From an uncultured Oscillospiraceae bacterium (GTDB lineage: Bacteria; Bacillota; Clostridia; Oscillospirales; Oscillospiraceae): 64,000 nt of DNA. The notes under the pieces are model-generated. The model was not told the origin of the DNA, made no database searches, and was given only the letters and a program-made list of their open reading frames with translations. Position numbers and translations under genes: made by a program. Below are positions 8,953 to 16,898 of the stretch, in pieces (the stretch's first letter is position 1; each line of letters begins with the position of its first letter). Where the stretch lies: positions 8,622-72,621 of the forward strand of contig CAZOVE010000001.1 of assembly GCA_964583135.1 (NCBI GenBank). Direction: 5' to 3'.

Positions 8953-10473
8953 ATGATTTACAAACCGCAGGAAGAACGTCTTTGGGACTGTTGGATTTAT
9001 CCCCATGAAGGAAAATACTATATGTATCACCTCAGTCTCTCTCCGGAGCGCTATGGCAAAGGAGGCTGGGATGGCATCAGTCTGGCCATTTCCGAGGATC
9101 TGGTACACTGGACCGAGTACGGGCGTGTACTCACGAAGCGAACCGACGCAGAGTGGATCGGTACCGGTATGATTCAGAAGATCGGTGACACGTTCATTAT
9201 GAACTTTTCTGAAGAATGGCCTGTAGGTACTCAAAATATCTACTTTGCTACTAGCAAGGATCTGATCCACTGGGAGCGGACAGAGCATGTCTGCGCACCA
9301 GACGGTATTCATTACATGAATCATCCCACCGATATGTCCAGCGCCTACCCCCGTTGGGATTCTCTGGGCATTATGGATGCCGTGGAGGATCTGCCTCCCC
9401 CCTACTACGCATTCCTAACCGCCAGTGCCAAGCAGGTGCATCACATAAACAAAAACGGTGGATTGGGTCTTGTGACCAGTAATGACGGTCTGAACTGGCG
9501 CTGCCTGCCCAATGCCTTTGCCGACACCGATATGTTCCCCCAATTTGAGGTCCCGGAACACGTAGAGATCAACGGTCGGCATTATGTAATTTTCTGCACT
9601 AGCAGTTATCTTTCCCATCGCTTTGACAAATACGCCGATGATATGAGTGGCGGCACTTTCTTCGTTGTGGCCGACGACGCCCTTGGTCCCTACCGTCTGC
9701 CCGAGGGGGACTATATGCTTCAAGGTACTCGTAATAATGTCAGTGTCAGCATGGTCACCGTCGGTCGTCCCCTGAAAGTGGGGGATCAGATCTACTACTA
9801 TCACATCTGGGGTGCCAATGGTCCCGAGGGTTGGGGTGCTACGGTCAAGCTCTTGGAAGAGGAAAGTCCCTATCATCTGCGACTGCGCTATAATCCCATC
9901 AACGACTGTTTGAAGGGCAAGTTGCTGACCTCCATGCCTGAAGCGCTTCAAGGACTGGCGTTGGTGAAAAATCCCGGTGTCATTCCTCCCATGCAGTTTG
10001 ATCTAACACAGAGCCTACGTTTTACCAATTTGGGTACTGCCGCAGCACTGTCCGCCACTCCACTAAATGGTAATCGCAACACCGCCAACACTGACTTGAC
10101 TGACGGTCGCTACATTACCTTTGATATGACCATCCAAAGCGGCGAAGGCGGTGGTATCTACTTTGAAGGTGAAACTGGCTCAAAGCTGTGCGTGATGCTC
10201 AACCGAAAACGCCAGCGTCTTGAATTCGGTTTCATCAACCCCGGCTGGGGTCCCAATATGGTCATATACAATGATGTAGTTCAGAAATTCCCCATTGGTG
10301 AACATTCAAGCGTAAAAATTCTGGCCAGAAAATGGTTTTTTGAAGTATACATTGACGACATTTATGTATCCTCTTGGCGGCCTGCCGAGCAAATCGACCC
10401 CAACCGATTCGGTTTCTACTTTGAAGATGCTACCGGCGAGCTTGCCAACTTGAATATCTGGCAAATGCAATAA
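8953..10473 (+). CDS. clan GH-J (GH32/GH68-like) beta-propeller glycosidase with C-terminal beta-sandwich
   Basis: LWDCW (nucleophile position), Asp-boxes SEDLVHW / SKDLIHW / SNDGLNW, GTGM, RWDS, FEVP (acid/base position); C-terminal FFEVYIDD as in GH32. Confidence 0.7.
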   Translation: MIYKPQEERLWDCWIYPHEGKYYMYHLSLSPERYGKGGWDGISLAISEDLVHWTEYGRVLTKRTDAEWIGTGMIQKIGDTFIMNFSEEWPVGTQNIYFATSKDLIHWERTEHVCAPDGIHYMNHPTDMSSAYPRWDSLGIMDAVEDLPPPYYAFLTASAKQVHHINKNGGLGLVTSNDGLNWRCLPNAFADTDMFPQFEVPEHVEINGRHYVIFCTSSYLSHRFDKYADDMSGGTFFVVADDALGPYRLPEGDYMLQGTRNNVSVSMVTVGRPLKVGDQIYYYHIWGANGPEGWGATVKLLEEESPYHLRLRYNPINDCLKGKLLTSMPEALQGLALVKNPGVIPPMQFDLTQSLRFTNLGTAAALSATPLNGNRNTANTDLTDGRYITFDMTIQSGEGGGIYFEGETGSKLCVMLNRKRQRLEFGFINPGWGPNMVIYNDVVQKFPIGEHSSVKILARKWFFEVYIDDIYVSSWRPAEQIDPNRFGFYFEDATGELANLNIWQMQ

Positions 10474-10494
10474 TCTACATAGGAGGCGCATATC

Positions 10495-11496
10495 GTGTCC
10501 GATATCAATATCAAAGATGTTGCCATTCGTGCCGGTGTTTCTGCCATGACGGTAACTCGAACTATCAACAATCCGGAATTGGTCAAAGAATCTACCCGGC
10601 TCAAAGTACAGCAGGCTATTCAGGAATTAGGATACATCCCCAACCGCACTGCCATCACCCTGCGCTCTTCCAAAAGCAAAACCATCGGCATTGCGCTATT
10701 TGATCTAGAGAACCCTTTTATCAGCAAATTGGCCATGCAAATGGAGCGTAGTCTCAAGAAGCATGATTATTCGCTTCTGCTTACCTGTGTCAACGAGGAA
10801 AACAGCGATGATTACGACATTTATGCCAATCTGAAAAGTTTCAATGTAGATCTCTTTATTTTTATTCCCACGCAACACAATGAGGCTCTGGCTTCTCTCT
10901 CCCCGGAAGCATCGTCCCGGTGTTTGCAACTGTTTCGGATGGGTTACAGCGGCATTGATGCCTTCATCATCGATGATATCTACGGCGCCTACCTCGCAAC
11001 AAAACACCTGATTGAAAACGGTCACGAGCGGATATTACTGGTCGACTTCCATCAGCGGATGCCCATGTACCGTGACCGCGGCTATTTTCAGGCGTTTCAG
11101 GAAATGGGTCGACAGTACCATGGTGATATGATCCTAAAACTCACTGAGTTTAACGATTCTCAGTATGAAGATCGGATCACACAGGTGATTCAGGAAAAAC
11201 AGCCTACCGCTATTCTGGCCGTCACACAAAAATTGTGCGAAGTCTGCATCACCGTCATTAAAAAGCTGGGACTGCGCATCTATGACGACATCAGCCTCAT
11301 CGGTTACGACGATACGGTGCTGGCTCGCCATTTGGGTATCACCACCATCGCCCACCCCTTTGAAGAAATGATCGATAAAATGACGGAATGGGCCATCGGT
11401 AAAATCAGCGGCACCAGCCCGGCAGAGGTATCCCATATCAAGGTAAAGCCCTACCTCAACATCCGCAATTCCGTCAAAAACATTCTGGAAACATAA
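10495..11496 (+). CDS. LacI-family transcriptional regulator
   Basis: IKDVAIRAGVSAMTVTR HTH, LGYIPN hinge, DISLIGYDD; GTG start after AGGAGG. Confidence 0.95.
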   Translation: MSDINIKDVAIRAGVSAMTVTRTINNPELVKESTRLKVQQAIQELGYIPNRTAITLRSSKSKTIGIALFDLENPFISKLAMQMERSLKKHDYSLLLTCVNEENSDDYDIYANLKSFNVDLFIFIPTQHNEALASLSPEASSRCLQLFRMGYSGIDAFIIDDIYGAYLATKHLIENGHERILLVDFHQRMPMYRDRGYFQAFQEMGRQYHGDMILKLTEFNDSQYEDRITQVIQEKQPTAILAVTQKLCEVCITVIKKLGLRIYDDISLIGYDDTVLARHLGITTIAHPFEEMIDKMTEWAIGKISGTSPAEVSHIKVKPYLNIRNSVKNILET

Positions 11497-11500
11497 AGTA

Positions 11501-11536
11501 CATCCTGCAGCCGAAAATGGTTGCAGGATGCTTTTT
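11501..11536 (+). terminator. intrinsic terminator of the + strand operon
   Basis: CATCCTGCAGCC-loop-GGTTGCAGGATG followed by CTTTTT. Confidence 0.75.
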
Positions 11537-11548
11537 CGCCATTATTGT

Positions 11549-11576
11549 TCCCCCTGTGCCCAACGGCACAGGGGGA
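11549..11576 (-). terminator. hairpin at the end of the convergent minus-strand operon
   Basis: TCCCCCTGTGCC-CAAC-GGCACAGGGGGA perfect 12 bp stem. Confidence 0.6.
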
Positions 11577-11609
11577 TCGCATTCACTTTGGGGAATTGGA
11601 AATACTATG

Positions 11610-12921
11610 CTTACAGGAACATGACTCTCTTGATGATGACGCACTCGGGCATCACTTCGCCTTCCGGCACACCGCCGGCAGTCTGTGTATCGGCAGTACC
11701 GAGAACCGTACCCACACCGATGGCTTCCACAAAGATCACAACGTCAGTCTTGCCTCTGAGGTTGCCCATGTCATAGATGATCATGCCGTCACCGTTATTG
11801 ATGTCGGGAATCGTCCAACCCTGTGCATTGCTGTAGCGGAAGGTGCCATCTTCCTCATGGTATGCGGTCGCGCCACCTACAAAGAGGCCGGACAGAGGCA
11901 CCATGACCTGCTTGACATAATTGCCGCTTTCATCCTTGTACCATGCAACTGCACGGATGGCACCGGATCCGGAGAACTGCACATCGCTCAGGCCACCGGC
12001 CCAGATGCGGAATTCATTGACCGTCTCAGGAACGTCCAGCTTGCTGTACATGTAGGCAATGTTACCCGTACCACGGGTCCACATCATCACGCCCCAACCG
12101 GCGTTGTCGTGAAGCACTGTACCTTCTTCGCCCACTTTACCCAGCTTCCAGATCTTGCTGTCGGCAGTTGCAGTGCCTGCAAAGTCCACCTTATCGGCTA
12201 CAGAACTGCTGCTATCCCATCCAAAATTCCACACCACGTTCATGTAATTGTCAAACTCATCCGCACGAATGGTGGGCAGTGCATCCAACTCGGAAGCGGT
12301 CATGCCATTGTAGATCACAGGATCGGCAGGTTCTTCCTGAGAAACCTTGCCCTTCAGGGTCAGCTTCACGCCATTGACCTTGACATCGGTGCTCACGGAA
12401 ACATTTTCGCTCAGTGTGGCAGCATGGGCAGGTGCGACACCGCCGATCACAAGACCACCCACCAACACGCAGCACAGCAACATGGAAATGCCGGTGGTGC
12501 GTAGCTTCTTGTTAGTCACCAACAGCGCAACAAGCGCCACGGCAGTCAGAACCATAACGCCGGCGACAAGATGGGTGCGCATATCGCCAGTTTCAGGGAT
12601 GGAGCCGGAATAAGTCACAACGATGCTGACGCTTTCACCGGCAGCCAGAGCTTCCACGGTCTTGCTCGCTTCACCGCTGCCTTCGAAGCCCTTCGGAGCA
12701 ACGTGCTCCAGCTTCAGGCCCTTGAAAACATCCGTGGTGGTGTTCTTCACGGTCAGGGTAGCAACGATGTCCTCACCGGCTGCATACTCTGCCTTGTCGG
12801 CGGTCAGGGTGACCTCCAAGCCGTCCTGCGTGGCAGTCTGCGCCATGACAGGCAGCGCAAACAGACAAACGCACAGAATCACACTCAAGATCATGACCAG
12901 TGTTCTACGATTGTTTTTCAT
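11610..12921. repeat. 1.3 kb direct repeat, copy A (copy B at 37902-39213)
   Basis: Translations match in all listed frames; the only difference I found is 12883 A vs 39175 G (silent Ser). Flanks diverge at the start and stop codons. Confidence 0.95.
11611..12921 (-). CDS. secreted/membrane protein: signal peptide, Ig-like segment, internal IPETG plus two hydrophobic helices, C-terminal ~235 aa repeated domain (copy A)
   Basis: N-terminal signal ending LPVMA; IPETGD + hydrophobic helix + KKLR; second hydrophobic stretch ending APAHA; C-terminal domain shared with three other ORFs; GGAGG RBS. Confidence 0.85.
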   Translation of the reverse strand: MKNNRRTLVMILSVILCVCLFALPVMAQTATQDGLEVTLTADKAEYAAGEDIVATLTVKNTTTDVFKGLKLEHVAPKGFEGSGEASKTVEALAAGESVSIVVTYSGSIPETGDMRTHLVAGVMVLTAVALVALLVTNKKLRTTGISMLLCCVLVGGLVIGGVAPAHAATLSENVSVSTDVKVNGVKLTLKGKVSQEEPADPVIYNGMTASELDALPTIRADEFDNYMNVVWNFGWDSSSSVADKVDFAGTATADSKIWKLGKVGEEGTVLHDNAGWGVMMWTRGTGNIAYMYSKLDVPETVNEFRIWAGGLSDVQFSGSGAIRAVAWYKDESGNYVKQVMVPLSGLFVGGATAYHEEDGTFRYSNAQGWTIPDINNGDGMIIYDMGNLRGKTDVVIFVEAIGVGTVLGTADTQTAGGVPEGEVMPECVIIKRVMFL

Positions 12922-12954
12922 TGTTATTCCTCCATTCGTTTTGTATTGATAAAC

Positions 12955-13863
12955 TTAATGGGTCTTCTTTTTGCGCACAACCACAATCACAACTACAACT
13001 GCCACAACGACCACGGCGGCCACAATGCCGACGATCACAGCGGTATGATCTGGTTCCTGAGAATCGTCGGGATCATCCTTTGGCAAGGTCTCAGCTGGCT
13101 TCGTCTCCTTCGGTTGGGTGGGTTCTGTCTCAACGGGCAGTGGTTCCGTGGGCTGGGGCGGTGTATAGGTGTTTTCTTCGATGTACAGCCTGCCTTCTAC
13201 CTTTGCGTTATTGCCGTTCAGGTTCAGATAATACACCGGCTCTTCTGGCAGAACATGGCTACGATCAGCGAAAATCGTGTACACAGTTTCGTCATTACGA
13301 ATGATGCGAATATTGTCATACAGCACCGTAACCACCTGACCGGCCAGAATGCTGGCATTGGGCAGATCCACGGCGATCAGCACCTTGGCATCCTTGCCGG
13401 CAGCCGCCGCCACGAAAGTATCGGTGATGTAAATTTGACGGCTCCACCACATATTGTATGCCAAGCCGGCAATGTTTACTGTGGGGTGCGCCCGCAGGAA
13501 CTCCTGATCAACACACAGCACATCGTCACGCAACGTAGCATCGCCGGCACCGTTGTTGCCCTCGCCGACATACATATCCACGCTACCGATGCCGCCGGCT
13601 TCGGTCATCAAGAGCACATCATAGGCCAGAATATCGCCGGACTGGAGCTCAAAGCTAGCCGGGATGGTGAAGGCCTCATTGTAGTAGAGGATCTGGCCTG
13701 TGGCGTCCGCCTCCACTTGGAGGTCCAGTCGCAGGCAATCACCCACGGCGCCCATGTCGGTAACTTCCTGCTCGTGTTCGTCGGCACTGACTGCAAGAGC
13801 GCACATAGCCATCATCAGCAGCGCCAACATGAGGGTCATCCACTTTTTTACATTGTTTTTCAT
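12955..13863 (-). CDS. membrane-anchored surface protein, probable non-catalytic beta-sandwich domain
   Basis: Signal peptide ending AVSA; ~190 aa domain homologous to the C-terminus of 14959-16893; Pro/Thr/Glu linker; Val-rich TM helix and RKKKTH tail. Confidence 0.8.
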   Translation of the reverse strand: MKNNVKKWMTLMLALLMMAMCALAVSADEHEQEVTDMGAVGDCLRLDLQVEADATGQILYYNEAFTIPASFELQSGDILAYDVLLMTEAGGIGSVDMYVGEGNNGAGDATLRDDVLCVDQEFLRAHPTVNIAGLAYNMWWSRQIYITDTFVAAAAGKDAKVLIAVDLPNASILAGQVVTVLYDNIRIIRNDETVYTIFADRSHVLPEEPVYYLNLNGNNAKVEGRLYIEENTYTPPQPTEPLPVETEPTQPKETKPAETLPKDDPDDSQEPDHTAVIVGIVAAVVVVAVVVVIVVVRKKKTH

Positions 13864-13880
13864 AAATTCTCCTCCAAAAA

Positions 13881-14954
13881 TTATATAATTTCCAAATAAT
13901 CTTTATCGGGAAGCGGATGAAGTTGCACACCAAGTTCCTTCATGTACCAGAAGGAAACCGATGCAATATCATCCTGTAAGGGCAGGTATCTTCTGCCACG
14001 GCGCCATCCTAACGCCTGAACCGTGACCCGGATATCCGACTGAAAACGGATGGGGTCACACAGATGCCAGCGATACATGCCGAAGCGCTGTTGGCTATTG
14101 TACAAGCCATCCGGCTTGGACACATAGTTCAGCCCGGCATAGGGAGTACTATAGGTCTCGTAACAGTGCATTTCCGGGTGTTCAAAATTGTAGGATCCGC
14201 AGAAATAGTCTTCTAATCCGGTGCCGCAAATCGTGGGGAATTCCCGATCACCATCCAGATAAAATTTCACTTCTCCCTCGCCCCACCAGCCGTTGCTATT
14301 GGAGCCCCAAGCCATGTAGGTACCGACATAATGACCATGCCCCTTCATGTCCAGCAGGGTGTAGACTTCCTTGTAAGGCTGCGGATTGACCCGACGGAAC
14401 TGGGCGTAGAAGTATGCGCAGTCCTCCTCCACCGTTCGCAGTTCATAGTCGATCTGGTAGTAGATCGTCAGATCCAACTCGCTGGTATTCTCCATAGTCA
14501 CCTTGCACTTTTTGCGAAACGGCATTGGCCAATAACAATTGAATGCGCTACCGGGATTGACGCACACCGCCAACGACGCAGTAGGTGCATAGGTGTTCCA
14601 GCCAGCCGCAAAGAAGTCACCGACCGGGCATTCTACAGCCGGCGTATCACAATCATCCCAATAAAAACGCAGGATCAAATTGCGCCAGAAACCAGTGGGC
14701 GTCAGCCAAATATGCCGGATCACGGCAGGTCCGCTGATATCTGCCAACACAGCCGTTTCTCCGCTGGGGATTACAATAAAGGGATTGACCTTCCAGCCCA
14801 CACCCAGATCCTTTGCGCAATTGCCTGAGCTGCCCACCTCCGGGGTTGCCATACCACCTCTTCCCTTTTCGCCGGTAGGATTCTCCGGCGTCACAGAGCG
14901 ACTTTGCGCCTGCACCAGACGCTCAATACCATCTAAGCCAAATTGCATGGTCAT
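13881..14954 (-). CDS. GH172 (DUF2961) glycoside hydrolase
   Basis: ENPTGEKGRGG, GPAVIRHIWLT, PVGDFF, YWPMPF, WWGEGEVKFYLDGD, GTGLEDYF, YRWHLCDPIRF. Confidence 0.9.
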   Translation of the reverse strand: MTMQFGLDGIERLVQAQSRSVTPENPTGEKGRGGMATPEVGSSGNCAKDLGVGWKVNPFIVIPSGETAVLADISGPAVIRHIWLTPTGFWRNLILRFYWDDCDTPAVECPVGDFFAAGWNTYAPTASLAVCVNPGSAFNCYWPMPFRKKCKVTMENTSELDLTIYYQIDYELRTVEEDCAYFYAQFRRVNPQPYKEVYTLLDMKGHGHYVGTYMAWGSNSNGWWGEGEVKFYLDGDREFPTICGTGLEDYFCGSYNFEHPEMHCYETYSTPYAGLNYVSKPDGLYNSQQRFGMYRWHLCDPIRFQSDIRVTVQALGWRRGRRYLPLQDDIASVSFWYMKELGVQLHPLPDKDYLEII

Positions 14955-14958
14955 CCCC

Positions 14959-16893
14959 CTATTCCGAATATGTGGTCACGGTCAGCTCTGCGATCGCATT
15001 CTTGGTGTCCAGCGTCTGCTTCATCTGTAGGTCCTCTTCGCTACGGAAGATCACGAGTTTCACTTCTCCGTTGTTTGTGATCACAATATTGTCGTACCAA
15101 ACCGTCACTTCTTCATAAGGGAATTGCCCGTTGATCTTGCGTGGTTGGGCGATCAACGTCAGATCCTTCAGAATTTTGCCGGTGGTATTCATCGATTCGT
15201 TATAAGTACAGTATGGAATGTCAATACCTACAATGCGATGTACCCATTGACCACCAGCCTGCACCGCCAGACTATCCGACGGGCTAGCCAGAATGCCAAA
15301 CTGGTCGACACAATAGATCATGGCCTGCAGATTGCCTGCGCCTTCCACATTACCGTCCACAAACCCAAAACCATTGGAAGGCACGGACAGCTTGACATCG
15401 TACTCCAATACATCCCCCTCTTCGATCCGATACTCCTGCAAGGCAATGCGGATACGAATATTGGCAGAAAGGTCCGTCGTGTTTCCATTGAGTCGCACAC
15501 GTAGCTTCAGCACATCCCCCTCAGGCTGCGCCTGTGGCACGGTCAACAGATACGGTGCCTGTGCAAAATCCGTCTGACCGATGAATTCCTGAATTTTGGG
15601 CAGGATTTGCGCCATTTTTGAGAAAACATCCGAAGGCGTCACACCATCATCCTCATACAGGAATTTGGTAAAGGTGTAATCCAATCCTGCCAGATTAAAG
15701 TCCTCGATCACCTGATACAGCGCCTCCGGATCCCATGAAGAAGCATAATCGGCATAATTCTCCCCATAGACGGGAATATCGCCGTAGCCATTGGTATACA
15801 TCCACTGCCGCACCTGCTTGAGGGACTCGATTCCGGGAAGACCGGTAAACTGCAGCAGGCAGTCGTACTTATCTGCCATTTCTACCATGAACTCATTTTC
15901 GCTACCAATGAGCATTGCAAAGGTGGCAGTGCCATTTTCCACACATTCATCCCATTCTGCCTGCGTAAAACTGGCTCCGGGCATATACAGGATCAAGCGG
16001 ATTCGACCGCCGGTGTGAGTATTGACCGCTTCTTGGAATATCTGGATCTGCTTTTCAATGAATTCACGCTTGCTTTCCAGATACCACGTTAAAATGTCTT
16101 CCCATTGTTGCCCCTTCACCGTCCCCGGCATGGGCATTTGGAATTCGTCCATAGAACCTAGCGATGTTCCCCATGCCGCATTGATTTTTTCCACAGTGCC
16201 GTACTTTTCCAACATGGTCTGCTTGAAATCTGCCACAGCGTTTTCATCGTAGCACCACATGGAAGTTGCCGCATTATCCGGGTTTTCCAGATTTCCGGTC
16301 TGCGTCCAAGCAGCCGGGTACAGCGGCTCACCAGCCGGGCCAAAGTCAACGATCAGGGCATCCACATAATCCAGAATACCCAGCTCTTCATATTGGGCGA
16401 GCTGACAGTTTATGGCATCGCTGGTGTAGTCATACACCCCTTCATACCAGTAGCTCAGAGTATTGGCAGCCGCCATACCGTTGTAATTCATCATCAGTGC
16501 TGCCGGATCATTCGTCACCCAACTTTGAGGACTCATGATGGTGGGGCTGATCAGCTTCAACCGCAGTCCGGCATCAATGGCTGCCTGCAGAGCATCCTGC
16601 GATTCTCCGGACAAATACCAGTGTCCCTTGCTTAAGGAGACCCACTGCGTCTCATACCGCAGCGTTTTCAGACCCATGGCAGCATAATCCTCCATTCGCT
16701 TCGCAATGGCTTCTAAAGTTCGATTGGCAATGTGCCCTTCCGTGAAGCAAAGGCCAATATCCTCCACCGCAGCTTGCTGTACCTGCGGTTCGGTGGAGTC
16801 TGTATGATCATTTGGCGTACATTGCACAAGCATCCCTCCTACCATGACAACACAAAGCAAAACGGCGATCTTCTTTATAATAGGTCTTGTCAA
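14959..16893 (-). CDS. secreted TIM-barrel glycoside hydrolase, GH14/GH42-like, with a C-terminal accessory domain
   Basis: GPAGEPLYP resembles the beta-amylase GPAGELRYP motif; WCYDENAVADF..KYGTVEKINAAWGT; YGENY. TTG start chosen after AAGGAAGG; signal peptide with a possible lipobox Cys. Confidence 0.65.
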   Translation of the reverse strand: MTRPIIKKIAVLLCVVMVGGMLVQCTPNDHTDSTEPQVQQAAVEDIGLCFTEGHIANRTLEAIAKRMEDYAAMGLKTLRYETQWVSLSKGHWYLSGESQDALQAAIDAGLRLKLISPTIMSPQSWVTNDPAALMMNYNGMAAANTLSYWYEGVYDYTSDAINCQLAQYEELGILDYVDALIVDFGPAGEPLYPAAWTQTGNLENPDNAATSMWCYDENAVADFKQTMLEKYGTVEKINAAWGTSLGSMDEFQMPMPGTVKGQQWEDILTWYLESKREFIEKQIQIFQEAVNTHTGGRIRLILYMPGASFTQAEWDECVENGTATFAMLIGSENEFMVEMADKYDCLLQFTGLPGIESLKQVRQWMYTNGYGDIPVYGENYADYASSWDPEALYQVIEDFNLAGLDYTFTKFLYEDDGVTPSDVFSKMAQILPKIQEFIGQTDFAQAPYLLTVPQAQPEGDVLKLRVRLNGNTTDLSANIRIRIALQEYRIEEGDVLEYDVKLSVPSNGFGFVDGNVEGAGNLQAMIYCVDQFGILASPSDSLAVQAGGQWVHRIVGIDIPYCTYNESMNTTGKILKDLTLIAQPRKINGQFPYEEVTVWYDNIVITNNGEVKLVIFRSEEDLQMKQTLDTKNAIAELTVTTYSE

Positions 16894-16898
16894 TTGCG

